Of a DNA stretch of 64,000 nt, positions 40,059 through 53,758 are shown piece after piece (position 1 is the first letter of the stretch; each line of letters starts with the position of its first letter). The position numbers were made by a program, and so were the translations under genes. The notes beneath the pieces are model-generated. The model was not told the DNA's origin, did no database searches, and saw only the letters and a list, made by a program, of their open reading frames with translations. The stretch comes from Podarcis vaucheri (lineage: Eukaryota): the NCBI GenBank assembly GCA_965113315.1, contig OZ220366.1. One strand, 5' to 3'.

Positions 40059-40292
40059 CAGTGGTATCTCTAGTTGTGGACTTAATCCATTTCGGGGTGC
40101 CGTTTGCATTCCGAAAAGTCTGCAACTAGAGCGCCTCTTCTGCGCATGTGCACGGTGCGATCGAGCTTGAAGCACACAGTCCGCTTCTGCACATGTGCGG
40201 GCGGAGAACCCGGAAGCAAACACTTTCAGGGTTGTTGCGTTCGTAAGCTGAAAGTCCATAACAAGAGTGGAACGCAACACGAGGTATGACTG
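40059..40292. mobile_element. Tc1/mariner-type MITE (older, degenerate TIRs)
   Basis: TA-CAGTGGTATCTC...GAGGTATGACTG-TA. Confidence 0.7.
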
Positions 40293-40933
40293 TAATTCAA
40301 ACAGAACAGATGTTTTTCCAGCCACCAATAATTAAGCTTTTGTGGCTAGAAATGGTTTGAGTAGTAGCAGCCTAGAGGATCAAACACTATTATTATCTGC
40401 AAGCCACTCCCAGGATGGCTCAATTTGCACTGGGGGGAATTAAAAAAAACATAGGTGTTGAGGTAGGGAGCAGTAAACTGACCATTTAAGTTAGCTGTAA
40501 TATTTGTTTAGCAAACTTTGAGATGTTTGGAATGTGGCTCTCCTTCTTGGAGTGGGATCTCCTAAGGAAGACCTAAACCCCAGACGGCAAAGGGGAATAT
40601 TGCTTGAAATTCTGGACTGGGTTTCTTGTTTTGCTTTCTGGTTGAATTCGCAAAGCTACTAATCTGAGCGCCTGGTAGGTGTATGTGTGTGTGTGTCGTT
40701 GCACATGAACTTACTGGTTTAGTTACAAAGCAGGCAGGGAGGTTTTCCATGACAAGGAGCATGCAGGGTGTGGAGGAAAACCTCCCTTCCTCATCCTTAT
40801 CTCTCTGCGTTCCTTTAAGAGGTTTTCTCTGTGCTGTACTTCTAGTATTGGAGCTATTCAAGGAAAAGGATGGGTTTCCTTCCCATACATACTCCTTTTG
40901 TCATAACTCCCACTACCCCTCACTTGTCCTTTA

Positions 40934-41189
40934 GGGACGTGGGTAGTGCTGTGGTCTAAACCACTGAGCCTCTTGGGCTTGCTGATCGGAAGGTCAGTGG
41001 TTCGAATCCATGTGAGCTCTGGCACTCTCCATGGTGTCCCGTTGCGCCACAAGTGGTTTAGTCATGCTGGCAACATGACCCAGAAGGCTGTCTGCTGGCT
41101 CCCTTATCCTGAAAAGCGAGATGAGCGCCACACCCCATAGTCACCTTTGACTGGACTTAACCGTCCAGGGGTCCATTACCTTTTACCTT
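40934..41189 (+). mobile_element. Sauria SINE, internally deleted
   Basis: gggacgtgggtagtgctgtgg head, accttttacctt tail, 12-bp TSD ACTTGTCCTTTA (40922-40933 / 41190-41201). Confidence 0.88.
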
Positions 41190-41835
41190 ACTTGTCCTTT
41201 AACTTGAAGCAGCAGGTATATGTTCTTAGAAGACTCAGTGAGTTGACAGTTCTTCAATGGAAATTCAGTGATTTGACAATGATTATTTAAGGGCCAGCAG
41301 TAGCAGCTGGGTGAGAATACAGTGCAAAAAACAAAACAAAACAAAAAACAGTGGCAGGATCACTCAAGTGGATTTATTGCTAAACAATTGACAAAGATGC
41401 TGAGATCCTGATCCTGCAGAGGTTTAAAAGTCTCAAGGTTTCAACTGTGGCCATGTTTCCTAAGTGTGTTTTAGATTGGCTGCTCTTTCTCAGAATGTAG
41501 GCTATAGCATCAAGGGTCTTTAGCTACCAGTTAGATTGCTGCAGCTGCTGACTCGGAAAAAAATGTAGCAGACTATGAGACACCTTGCAGAAAAAGATTT
41601 TCTAGTTTGTTATTCTAAGGTCATCTTTTACTTAATGTGTTGAAGTAAAGGTATGGCTTACATATTCATGTTTTGTATGTAACATGTTAAGTCAGCTAGT
41701 TAGATAGATCTTCAGGATTTTATAGGTGTTAGGCCAATAGATTTGTGTGTTTTTTTAGTTTATGAACCTAGCTCTTGGGTGGCTCAGGAGTTACATAGCT
41801 TCATAGGTTTGGGAAACCTCTTGCTATCTATAGAT

Positions 41836-42170
41836 TAGGGATGGATCAACACGTTTCTGGTGTGTGTTGGTTCACATATGATCATAAATCTGTTTCTGCA
41901 ACTATCTGCAATTTTTTAAAAGCAAAAGTAATCACATTAATGTATTATTATTTTTATAAAAGACACATTTTGAACACATTTTATCCTAAAATACACATTT
42001 TTGTGTGCATTTTGGTACATTTTTTGAGCTGATACCTGTATTGCAAAATGGGAGAAGTATGAAAACAGAAGGATAACTGCGTTCTGATCCACGTATTAGT
42101 CTGGTAAGTGCAAATCTAGTCAGTTTGCTTAAAAATGAAGACCAAACAAAATCCTCAAGCAATTCAAGGA
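41836..42170. mobile_element. AT-rich non-autonomous DNA-transposon-like repeat (related to ~49920-50600)
   Basis: Starts tagggatgg; shares tttttgtgtgca...gcaaaa..gagaa motifs with the repeat interrupted at 50070. Confidence 0.4.
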
Positions 42171-43079
42171 TAGGTGGGTAGGTCATTTGTCTCTCTCGTA
42201 GTTTGTCTGCAGGGGATATCAACCTGCTAGCTGTATGGAGCTGCATTATCTCTACAATTCTATGACCTCTCACCAGGCAGCTTATTGCAATTGTCTAGCT
42301 AGCAAGGATGTGCTCTGTGTGGCACAGGTCCTTGAGGAAAGAAAAAATGAATGTAGTCAGCAGGAGGTAGCAGGTTGTGCATAGATGTAGGGAGCTCAAA
42401 TATTTGCGCAAGGGCTAAGTATCCATGTGCCTCCAACATGTCCAGAAAAGAACATGGAAGGTGAGAATTAGTATCTTGCTCTAATTTCTAGCAGAACCAG
42501 TAAGGATATGGTTGGATCTTAGTACAGATGTCATAAAGTCAATTTTTAGTGAGTTTACATGTGTATTGTTCATATTTGTAAGCTGTTTGTTGTGAAGAAC
42601 TATTGTTTTCCATGTAGGAATGTTACATGGAAGAAAGTGAAAGCATGTAAATGCCTTAATTTGGTGGAAGCAGCACAAAAATGTTGAATTCTTAATCCAT
42701 AGGAAATAAATTTAGGCTGTGATTGTATGCTTACCTGGGAGTAAGTTCTACTGAACTTGGTGAAGTTACTTCTGAGTTGACATGCACAGGATCACACTGT
42801 TTCTCACTTTGTTGGAATGTGGAAGTCCTCATCAAGGGGGTTTGGGAAGTTACTAAGGGAAGTATAATTCTGCATTTAAATAAAGCATCTTAATTGCAAA
42901 TAAAATTATATTATTAAAATCATTTTTTAACAATGGAGTATACTTTGGAGCCCTGTGCTCCAATGTGATATTCTGACCATATGTTTCAAACACCTAAATA
43001 TTCAGAAATAATCCAAAGATAATGAAATGAACATCTCTCTGTGAGATAGTTGTCTTTGCTATATTAAATAAGGCAGTTT

Positions 43080-43915
43080 TCTGTCAACATTAAAAAATCT
43101 ATGCTGGACCCAGACAATTGTGCCAGCTTCCTGCCAATTACCAATGTACCTTTTGGGGACAAGGTGTTCACGCAACTCCAGACACCCTTGAATGACACTG
43201 ATTATCTAAATCCATTTTTGGTTAGGGTTTGCACAGAAACTTTGATCACCGTGGTGCCTCCTTTGTCAGGAGAGAGTAAGAAATTGCCATCCTGTTGATT
43301 TTCCTGTACCTCTCAGAGGTGTCCAGTACCATCCACTATGATATCTTGATGAACTGGTTGGCTGGTGGAAATTGGTGTATAATGTTGTGGGCTCCTGCTC
43401 CCTTGATGATCAACTATAAGGCTGCTTATTGGGAGTTATGCTATGGTGTTCTTCAGGTTTTATTCCACGTGTTGAACAGCATCTATATAAATCTACTGAC
43501 TGGGGTGTTCTCAATATTTTGATAGCATAAAGCTCAATTTCTCTTGTTCGTTATAGTCAGGTGAAGTGGTAGAAGTTCTGTTTGTTGTCAGGTGATAGTG
43601 TACTCCACCTGAAAAATCAGGTTCCCAATATGGAGGTGTTAGCCTCAGAGACCCAAGTGACCTCTGTGGCATGAAGCACCTTTCATTCGCTAACTGTTGC
43701 ACACCAACTGCTATCTTTCTCAACAACGAAGATAGCCTGACCACAGTTCTCCATGTATGCATTTAGAGTATTGTAACGTACTGTTTTATGTGGGACACCT
43801 TTTGAGGACTGTTCAGAAACTATGGTTACTGCATAATGTAACAGTGGGGCTGGTCATATTGGAGTTTTAAAATGGCTACACTACCTTCCAGTTAATTTAA
43901 ACGTGCTGATTTTGA
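43080..43915 (+). mobile_element. Degenerate L2/CR1-clade LINE ORF2 (RT) fragment
   Basis: LDPDNCASFLPITNVPFGDKV resembles the LDP..NYRPVSNLPFLGKV motif; also LYLSEVSSTIHYDIL (LDLSAAFDTIDH-like) and YGVLQ (GVPQG-like); frameshifted. Confidence 0.7.
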
Positions 43916-43935
43916 CCTATTCTATTCTAATAGTG

Positions 43936-44261
43936 GGACACGGGTGGTGCTGTGGGTTAAACCACAGAGCCTAGGACTTGCCGATCAGAAGGTCGGCGGT
44001 TCAAATCCCCGCGACGGGGTGAGCTCCCGTTGCTTGGTCCCTGCTCCTGCCAACCTAGCAGTTTGAAAGCACATCAAAGTGCAAGTAGATAAATAGGTAC
44101 CGCTCCGGCGGAAAGGTAAACGCTGTTTCCATGCGCTGCTCTGGTTCGCCAGAAGCTGCTTAGTAATGCTGGCCACATGACCCGGCCAATAAAGCGAGAT
44201 GAGCGCCGCAACCCCAGAGTCGGCCACGACTGGACCTAATGGTCAGGGGTCCCTTTACCTT
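43936..44261 (+). mobile_element. Sauria SINE
   Basis: ggacacgggtggtgctgtggg head, cctttaccttt tail, 13-bp TSD TATTCTAATAGTG (43923-43935 / 44262-44274). Confidence 0.9.
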
Positions 44262-44299
44262 TATTCTAATAGTGAACTCATTCTCAAAGTGTGGATACT

Positions 44300-45270
44300 T
44301 TTGGACCAAAGCTCACAATTTGAAAGAGAATTGTTACAAAATAAGGATAAACCTTTGTACACAATATATAACTTTTTAATAGACTGGGAAATGAATGATG
44401 AACTAGTTAAAGCTTCAATGACACACTGGGCAATAGATAAAGAACACAATATAGATTTAAACCTCTGGGAGAAACTTTGGAAAAATAATCTGAAATTTAC
44501 TGCATGTTATTCATTCAAAGAGAACTATTTGAAAATGATCCATAGATGGTCTTTAACTCCGAATAGGTTGGCTAAGATGTATAAAGTAGAATCAGATATG
44601 TGCTGGAAATGTAAGGAAACGGAAAGACTTTTTTCATGTGTGGTGGACATGTAAAAAAGTAAATTAGTACTGGGAAATGATTTATAATGAGTTGAAAAAA
44701 AATGTTTAAAATAACCTTCCCGAAAAGACTGGAGTCCTTCTTATTGGGAATAATTCATACAGAAATTCCCAGATGTCAGAAAAGTTTTTTTATGCATGCA
44801 ACAACAGCGGCTCGAGTATTGTGAGCACCAAAATGGAAAGTGAGTGAGGTCCCAGGTAAAGAGGATTGGCTACATAAGATGCTAGAATATGCAGAACTTC
44901 AGGCTTAACACATAGAATAAGAGAACAAGAAGAACACATATTTAAAGAAGAGTGGAAAATATTTATTGAATATATGGAAAATAACTGCACGCAGCTGAAA
45001 ACACTGGCAGCATTAAGATAAATTCATCAGTGTGATTAATGTTTGAACAATGTAAAAATAGAGAACAGATTTAATTGGGTATAGTAAAATATGCAGGAAT
45101 GGAAGATAAGTAAAATGAACCATGGAAGGAGAAGAAAGGAAGTCATTGGATATTTAAAAGTATGTAAAATGTTTATTCTGAAATGTAAAAATTGATGCTT
45201 CTGAGAGAATGATGGCATTTCAGAGAACATGGTACAGAAACTGGCCTAAAAATGTTTAAAATAAATAAAT
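44300..45270 (+). mobile_element. 5'-truncated L1 LINE (ORF2 C-terminus and 3' UTR)
   Basis: WEKLWK...KMIHRWSLTP..L.KMY...CWKC..., then H.WW.C after a frameshift (L1 zinc-knuckle region); A-rich strand bias; ends in aaataaataaat. Confidence 0.8.
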
Positions 45271-45460
45271 TCATGGTTTTAAGGTTTTGAGGGATGCTTA
45301 AAATCATGAGGCCTGTGACAAATAATGGCTTAGCAAGCATTCTAATTATCACTTTCATATTCATGCTTCATGTTTGTAAGCATAACTAAAAAAATGCACT
45401 ACAGGTTTAATATTAAAAACTATGTTAAAATGGCAAAAGGAATATTGTAAAGAGTCTTGA

Positions 45461-45631
<171 letters not shown>

Positions 45632-46221
45632 TAAAGCAAACACATATTTTACAGTAATATACAGTAATATCTGTGACACTGATGCTAGGGCTGAGCCAAA
45701 ATGGAAGGGAGTCTGTAATAATTCCCCCCCCCCCCATCATGAAACTTGCCTTCACTCTTTTTTGGTGGTATGTGTGGATTTGTGAAACATGGCAAAAATG
45801 TTTGACTATTCAAAATGCAATCAGGAAGACATCATTCTGATATAGCTTCATGACCATGAAGCCAAAGTTGACTGTCTCTCTGACATCCTCATGCTGTATG
45901 TGTCTGGGATTCCATTTTTTAAAAAGGCACTAAAGTGGCAGATCGGGAAAAGAAGCACCTAAGAACAGTATGCAAAAAAGATAAGCAATGAGTGCATGTG
46001 CAACACTCCACTCTTTTTAAAAACTTCACAGGTGAAGATTCAGTACAGCTCTGATTAATAGCATTTATTGGCATAGGCTCCCCAGTGATTGAACTTTGCT
46101 TCCAGGGAGGCTTGTATTGTACTAGTCTTACTACCTTTGAGGGGGCCAGTGAAACCCTTCCTTTATTGCAAAGGGCCTCTTAGCTGAGTTAGATCTAAAA
46201 CTGGATATTTTGTCTTGCTTT

Positions 46222-46420
46222 GGGGGAGGGATCATAGCTCAGTGCTTTGTGTACAGAAGGTCACAGGTTCTCTCAATAGCATTTCCAGTTACAAGATTAG
46301 GTAGCAAGTGATGGGGAAGACCTCTGCCAGAGACCCATGGTAACTTCTGTCTGTCATAGTAGATGTTACTGGGCAAGATAGGCAAATGGTCTGGCCTGGT
46401 ATCATACAGCTTGCTACGGT
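46222..46420 (+). mobile_element. Old tRNA-derived SINE (Anolis SINE2/Squam2-like)
   Basis: gggatcatagctcagtg...agaaggtcacaggttc...caaatggtctggcctggtat...cagctt; degenerate relatives near 12310-12480 and 33720-33960. Confidence 0.55.
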
Positions 46421-48172
46421 GTTTTGCTCTGTAAAGCTCTTTCTTATTGTGAACCACCCACAATGCTTCTCTATGGGGCAATATGGAAATTAAACAAAGA
46501 ACTTATTTAGGCAGGTAAACTCCAGTGTATTTTGTACCTTCTCCTTTGACTAATTGGACTGTTGGGCAATCTCCGTTTCCCCCGCGCATCCACCATGCAC
46601 GTTTCTCTCTCTCCCTCCCTCCCTCTCCCCATTCCCTTCCAGGTCCACAGCCTCTTGTGCAGACATGCAAATGCTTTGCAGTAAAGCTTATAGCCTAATA
46701 CTGTGCATGTTTACTCAAAAGGAAGGCTTTGCTGAATTCATTGGGGCTTATTCCCAAGTAAACAATCATAGTGTTGCGTGTTTTCCTTTGCTACCTCATG
46801 CTATGTCCCGGGAGAAGCCAACCCCAAATCCAGTCTGCAACGGGTTTGGCTGTCATTTGTTTGCTGCATCAGCAGCCTCTATGAAAGCAGCTTCTGCCAC
46901 AGCAAATAGCAAATGGCTTGTTTGCAAGGATAACTGAAAACTCTGAGGATCAGATGGATTGAAGGTGGAAATTGCACAGCAGTTCTTCCTCCTCTTCTCT
47001 CCTTGAGTGAATGTGAGGAGGCGAAGGTGGGAAGCCTCTGCATGTGCATGTTATTGAGACCACTAAACTCACTGAATGTACTTTTGAGTAAATATGCATA
47101 GGCTACACATTATAATGAATCATGACTGCATGTGGAGAAGCGAATGGAATTGCTTCTACCCCTATGAAGGTTCAGCATGCCATGTGAACGAGCCTATTCA
47201 TATACTGATGGTATGGCTATAGGCTCTGTCTGCACAATCACAAACTCTGAAAAGGGCATTTCTCCAGTTGCATGTGCAGTGCTTCCACACTCACATCTTT
47301 TTGTGCTGAATTATGCCATGAGAGCCAACCATAAAATGACTAACATGGTGTGGGTGGCACAAAATGGCTGCTCTAGGGTGTGTGGCATAACTCGCCCACA
47401 TTTAAAAGAGCAGAAAAAGACTCAGGACTGCCAAATGGTGTGTGCATGTCCCCCCTGTCGCATCAGTGTGGAAAAAGGCATCTACCCCAGCAACTGCCGC
47501 ACTGCTCATAGAAAGAAGTTCTTTGCACCTCTCTTTGTTCAGAATAGGTGTGTGTCCATTCAAGTGAAATGTGGGCATGTTTAATAAAGTGTGGTCAGTG
47601 TAGGAGAGGCCAAACCAGTGCAAACAGGAGCTGAGCTGAAAGAGCAAACAGACTCTCATGCGTTGCAGATTTTTGAGCAGATTATTTACTAGGACCTGTG
47701 GACTCCATGTTGGCAACCCCAGGGGATGGGACACAATCCTACTGTCTTTCAGTTTCTGTCGGTCTTTCTGTCACCACTCATCTCTGCCTCCCTCCTTCCA
47801 AGCCAATAACTGTTTATGGCAAGACTTCGGTACAAACACCAAACAGTGTTCTGTGTGTGCATTTCAACATAGGTTGATCAAATGTATAATTTAAATTTGT
47901 GTGTATGCATGTTTAATTAGGTTTATGCAAAGGAAATCAAATTTTATCTGGATATTTCACATTGACCATTATGTTATAATAAGATAATGTATAATCAATA
48001 TTCAGAGGGCCACAAAAATATTTTGATATTCTGAATGCATCTAGATGTTGAGTCAAGATCTTTGCAATTTAATGTCAGCTTAATTGTCATATAGTGTTGG
48101 CATGCAATACATGGTATATGTTGACTTCTGCTTTAAAATTACCAATTCACCTGTAAAAAGACTACTCAGGAA

Positions 48173-48173
48173 A

Positions 48174-48219
<46 letters not shown>
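48173..48219. repeat. Compound microsatellite (AC)n(AG)n
   Basis: Direct reading; ~105 bp upstream of the exon 6 acceptor. Confidence 0.95.
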
Positions 48220-48224
<5 letters not shown>

Positions 48225-48324
48225 TATATCCTAGAGATTTAGGTGAACAGTATTGTCAAGAGGCCATCTTAGTCATTCGTTTCCCCTGTCATAACTGTAC
48301 CTTTTTTCTCCCATATTATACCAG

Positions 48325-48524
48325 GTGATCCACTGCAGTGGCTATTTGAAGATACGTCAGTACATGTTGGATATGTCTTTGTATGATACCTGTTACCAAA
48401 TTGTGGGGCTGGTTGCTGTAGGTCAATCATTACCTCCGAGTGCAATCACTGAGATCAAACTCCATAGTAACATGTTTATGTTCAGAGCAAGCCTAGATCT
48501 AAAACTGATATTTCTAGATTCAAG
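48325..48524 (+). CDS. SIM2: SIM2 coding exon 6 (PAS-A end / PAS-B start)
   Basis: accag|; [66 protein letters not shown](R); |gtaagt; 200 nt. Confidence 0.98.
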
Positions 48525-49117
48525 GTAAGTAAAAATTTATTTTTAAAAAATGGCTGTTCCATTTTCCCATATGCTTGTGGCAACTTGCAAAAGATAGCTG
48601 AAAAATATAAAGCTGAAAAAAAACAGCAAGAGAACAATAGAATCCACACAAAACTGTAGCAACAATATTATCTTTGAATTGTTACAGCATTTGAAAATGA
48701 AGCTTTGTTGTATGTTATAGGTGTTACGCCTTTAACATGAACATAGGATAAAGTGACACTTTAAGGATCACTGTAGGACAAGCCACTGCTCATGGAGTAA
48801 ATACTTTTATTTGGTAGCGTCTAGCGGTAATGGTTGAAATTGAGATAACCAAAATTACTGGAAGACTGAGGTTGTCTTTTGAAGACTGGACATTCTTTTA
48901 ATTATGCAAAATGGAGAATAGAAGAAGTACTAAGTTACTCCATGACAAAGTTGACAAATGAGGCACAGCTCAAATAGAAAGCCGTTGGCAAAACTTCATA
49001 CACACACCAGGACTCTGAAGTTCTTAATTTGTACTTTTATCACAAAACTATATTTGCTCCATCTTTTCTTCCTAAGGTCACAGTTTGCATAGCTTGCATA
49101 CCATAATATGGGAATTC

Positions 49118-49180
49118 TGGGGGTTGGACTAGATGATCCTCTGGGTACCTTTCAATTCTACAGTTCTATGGTTCTATGAA
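49118..49180 (+). mobile_element. CR1-type 3' tail fragment
   Basis: gggggttggactagatgatcctctgggtacctttcaattctacagttctatggttctatga. Confidence 0.75.
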
Positions 49181-50069
49181 AATAGCCATTTGTAAGATGT
49201 AATGTCAATATTGGCTTGAATCCTAACTAATCCTAACTAATACAAAATAGGCTTTTGCTGCTAAAATGCCGAATTTCCACAGAAATTAAAGAACAGGAGA
49301 GTCTTCTTTTGCTGTTCCTGCTGTGTACAACATACCTCACCCAGCCCTAAACCACTGCATGTTAAAAAGAAATAAAACTAATTCACACTAATGGTTTGTT
49401 TGTTTATGGACCATTTAATTATAAATATGGTCAAAGCAGTCTAAGCAACAACTTACTATAAATTCACAATAATAACATTTGCTGTTTTGTCAGCAGCCGT
49501 GTTGCTGTTTCTTGGTCATGTTTGTCTTTGTCTTTACTGAGATGTTTTGTTTTGTCTTGCTCCCAGTTTAGCAAAATTTAAAAATAATAGGGAAAGGGAT
49601 ATTGGACAGAAACAGTAGGTTGTGAAGTTGCCTTTGTAAATATTTCTCGAACTGAAATATTGCTCATGACATCTGTTGATATTTGATATAGGTATATTTG
49701 AAAATATCTCATAGTTGCTATGCAATGGTGTTTCGTATTTGACAGCATTTTATATTACTAATATATAGTTAAACTCTTGTATCTAGAGTGAAGTGAAAAG
49801 GGAATACTAGTTGTTAACCCAGTAGTTTTTTGGTCGACTCATGTACTGGGGCAAGACACTGAATTATGTCTGTGCTATGTGAGCTACAGATAATTTTTTG
49901 ATCATAAATTGGAATGAAAGGATCTGTCATTTTTTTCTTCTTTAAGCTTCTCATTTTTTTCCAGTCTTCAGTTCTGCAGCAATTTGTGATTTATTTATTT
50001 TTAATCCTCATGAAAATTCTTTAGCATTTTAGTGCAAATTTAGTAGGCAAATTTATCCTCCTAAATATA

Positions 50070-50373
50070 CAGTGGTGCCTCGCAAGACGAAAAGAATCTG
50101 AGATTCTCTTCGTCTAGCGGTTTTTTCATCTTGCGAAGCAAACCCATTGACGGATTAGCGCTATTAGCGGCTTATCTGCTGATCGGATCAGCTGATAAGC
50201 TGCTTAGCGGCTTAGAAAAAGGGGGGGGGAACCAGCAGGAACTCGCAAGACATTGTCATTTTGCGAAGCAAGCCCATAGGAAATTCGTTTTGCGAAGCAC
50301 CTCCAAAACGGAAAACTCTTTTGTCTAGCAAGTTTTCCGTCTTGCGAGGCATTCGTCTTGCGGGGCACCACTG
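50070..50373 (+). mobile_element. Tc1/mariner (Tigger-like) MITE
   Basis: TA-CAGTGGTGCCTCGCAAGACGAA...TTCGTCTTGCGGGGCACCACTG-TA; repeated cgcaagacg subunits. Confidence 0.88.
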
Positions 50374-51217
50374 TATTTTTGTGTGCAGTTTTGACTAATG
50401 TACAGATTTTTAAAAGCAACTTTAACTAATATAATGTGTTTCTGTATGCTTTCACAGATAATTCATTCTTATACACATATCTTTCTAATATATGCATTTT
50501 TGTAAACATTGGTTGGAGAACTGCACAGCAAAATTCAGATGAGTGTGAATTTGATTAATTTGGCTTTAAAAGCTAACTGAATTCAATTTTTCCCCTATTG
50601 TTACTTATAAGTGACCTTTCTTTTGGTGTTCAGCTAAGCAGTACATTTTGACAGTTTAGTGGAGAAATACTTTAAAATTATCTACAAGTGGAGCAGTGCT
50701 GGAGGTTACAATGTAGAGAAGAACTGAAAAGTTAATAGGGTAGGGGTGTGGACATATGAGTATTTGTTTCTCTCAGTTTTCAAAAGGAGGCTAAAAGCAC
50801 GCTACTAAATTTCTATATCCTACTTTCAAAACTTTCCAGATATTGAACCTGAGAGATAAATGAAAAATCTGTTGACTTCAAGACAAAATAACAAACCCAT
50901 GACCTTAGTGGTAGAGGAAAATGAATACTCTCAGCAGTGCTTGATTTCATTTGCTGTATTAACTCATTTCCTCTTCTGTGTTCATTACAAACAGGAAATT
51001 AGTTCTATATAATGCCTTTGTAAAGAGTTATATTTTAGGCTTTTGAGTAGAATACCCTATTGCTTTCCCCCCGCCAAGGAAAGGATAAAAATCAATGTCA
51101 CAAAGTTTATTAGCATTTTCTTGCTGTTATCTGTAATCAGACAGCACAGCCATTGATGATGAAGTCCAAAACATCTGCAGGGCACCAGTTAGGGGGAAGC
51201 CTTGCCCTAACCCTTGA

Positions 51218-51546
51218 CAGGGTGCCCCACAAGACGAATGCCTCGCAAGACGGAAAACCCGCTAGACGAAAGGGTTTTCCGTTTTTGAGCTGCTTCGCAA
51301 GACGATTTTCCCTATGGGCTTGCTTTGCAAGACGAAAACGTCTTGCAAGTGTTCCGCTCCCCCCCCGCTTTCCCTCCTTTTTTCTAAGCCGCTAATCCTT
51401 TAATAGCCGCTAAGCCTTTAATAGCTGCTAAACCGCTAATAGTGCTAATCCGCCAAGCCGCTAATAGGGTTGCTTCGCAAGACGAAAAAACCGCTAGACG
51501 AAGAGACTCGCGGAACGGATTAATTTCGTCTTGCGAGGCACCACTG
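51218..51546 (-). mobile_element. Tc1/mariner (Tigger-like) MITE, inverted copy of the 50070 family
   Basis: cagggtgccccacaagacgaa...ttcgtcttgcgaggcaccactg-TA; internal (ccgctaa)-like repeats. Confidence 0.85.
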
Positions 51547-51674
51547 TAGTATCATTGTTCTAAGTAATAATAGCACCTTCTCTGATATCTATTGATAATC
51601 AAAGACTTGGGTGACAAACAAGATGGACAATGTGGATGGGTTTAGCATTCTGATGCCTAGATAAATCTGGATTA

Positions 51675-52084
51675 CCGTACTTTTCTGTGTATAAGACTAT
51701 GCATTTTTACTCAAAATTAGGGGTCGTTTTATACAAGGGTAGTGTGCATTGCGGGGATATCGGATTGGTTGCTGCTAGTTGGAGATTGTTATTGGTGGCT
51801 GCGGCAAGGGCTGGTGTTGATTGGCTGTCACTGTGGCAATTGGGCAGCCGGTGTGCTGCTTTTTTCGGCGTTGGGACAGAGGATTGGTTGATTTGGTGAT
51901 GTGTGCGAACGGCATTGTTGGTCTGGTGGGTGAACGATTTTTTGGCACCCCCCCAAAAAAAAGCTCAACAACTCTGCCCCCCCTAAGCTCAACAATTCTG
52001 GGCAATCCTCCCCCCCCAAATCACCCCTTTTCTTAATTTTCAGCCCCCCATAATAGGGGGCGTGTTATACACAGAAAAGTACAG
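51675..52084. mobile_element. Tc2/pogo-like non-autonomous DNA transposon
   Basis: TA-CCGTACTTTTCTGTGTATAA ... TTATACACAGAAAAGTACAG-TA. Confidence 0.82.
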
Positions 52085-53315
52085 TATCTTTAAAGACCAG
52101 TTAAGACAAGATAGCTTTGCCCTATGGCTACATCATGAGATTCCTGCTGAGAGGACCTGTAGTAATAATAATAGCTTATCACATGAGTTATATTGCAGTG
52201 AAGGCTGTAACTGTGCAAATCTTGTGTCCAGACAGTGAAATGATCACACTTTCACATCGTACAGGTGCTGCAGAAGGCATATTTTATCCTTTTATCCTCA
52301 GTGGTAGGGCCTTAGTATTTTTTCTGTACCCAAGTTATTTGTGTTGCAGTATTCATTGTCCTGTTATTCTGTAATATCTAACTTAAATGTTCTTTTCATC
52401 CCTCTTAAGGGACACTGCTATCTGTTATTCCTTCTCCTAAGACAAGTATCTAATTTCTTTTATGCTCTCTTATATTTATAAACTGATTACAGGCCCTACA
52501 GATTAATCACTCCTGTTATATTCATTAATCTTGGCAAAAGGTAAATGTCACTTGTGGGTTTGCCAGCAGTAAAGAAAATGATCTTTGCTTACTCTTTTCT
52601 TGAGTAGCTCTCTAAGCACAGAAGGAAGCTCACAAGACAGTAATAAATTTGTTTGAAAAACCGACTACCACATTGTCGATACATACTATTGAGCACACTT
52701 AGAATGTATCCCCTGCCCTCCCTAATCAGGCAAACAGATAGCAATAAAGCATTTAGGCATGGCCAGACCACTGGTCCTGTTAGCTAGGGATGATGGGAGT
52801 TGTAGTCCCAAAACAGCTGGAGGGCCAAGTCATAAATTTAATGCATCCCAAAGAAATAACAACTGCCACATTTGGACCAGGAATGAGACTTAATAGTATC
52901 CAGCAGCTGCTCTAGTAGGAAGCTAGCTCTTATGTACCCTTTTAGTCTGTAATATTGTCCCAGAGTCCCCGTAGGAGGCCCCACAATTCATTTCATCTGT
53001 GCCATATATCTTATCCTGCAGTACTGCTATTTGTATCCTTTGGCAATTCTGAATGTGAGCAAATATTCATCCTCTGTCCCATTAACCAGTCAACACCATA
53101 CCTACCCATTATCTTACAAATGGAACAGCCACCTAAGATGCTTCTGCTTAAAAGTGAGAATTGTTATTATAGCATTCCCCTATAATAGATTGGTGCTATG
53201 TAATGCTGGATATATTTCAGCATAATCCTTTATACTGAAATGCATATAGGTATTTTAAATATATTGTTGAGATTTTGTACTCTATGAAGCTAATAACGTT
53301 AAAAACAAATGTATA

Positions 53316-53543
53316 CTGTAAGCCTGCAACTTATGTGGGGGTTACATTCCAGGGATTGCTTCTTAAGCCAAAATTGTGTATAGTCAAAACACATTGGGTT
53401 CAATAGCAGCTGGGATTGCCAGAGTCTTTTTTCTCAGATGTCTACCCCCTTTCTGCCCTTTTTGATTTTTAAAAACTGCTTTTTGCCAAGCACGTAAAAC
53501 TGAATGCGCACAACTTAAATGTGCATAAATTGTGGGCTTACTG
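53316..53543. mobile_element. Tc1/mariner-type MITE (degenerate)
   Basis: TA-ctgtaagcctgcaacttatg ... cataaattgtgggcttactg-TA. Confidence 0.65.
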
Positions 53544-53651
53544 TAATTCTGAAGGTTTCGGGAAACTTGATTTCTGGAAAAGGAGAGCAATTGTTTTATT
53601 GCTGTAAAATATTTAAGGATGCTGCTTATTAGCTATATTTCTTTCTTTTAG

Positions 53652-53758
53652 AGTGACTGAATTAACTGGATATGAGCCACAGGACCTGATAGAGAAAACT
53701 CTCTACCACCATGTGCATGGATGTGATGTATTTCATTTACGATATGCTCACCATCTTT
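53652..53758 (+). CDS. SIM2: SIM2 coding exon 7 (PAS-B)
   Basis: cttttag|; [35 protein letters not shown]; |gtaagt; 107 nt. Confidence 0.98.

Noticed and set aside
44199-44654. 151-aa ORF as a domesticated gene
   Set aside because: SINE/L1 junction product that frameshifts within the L1 zinc-knuckle motif
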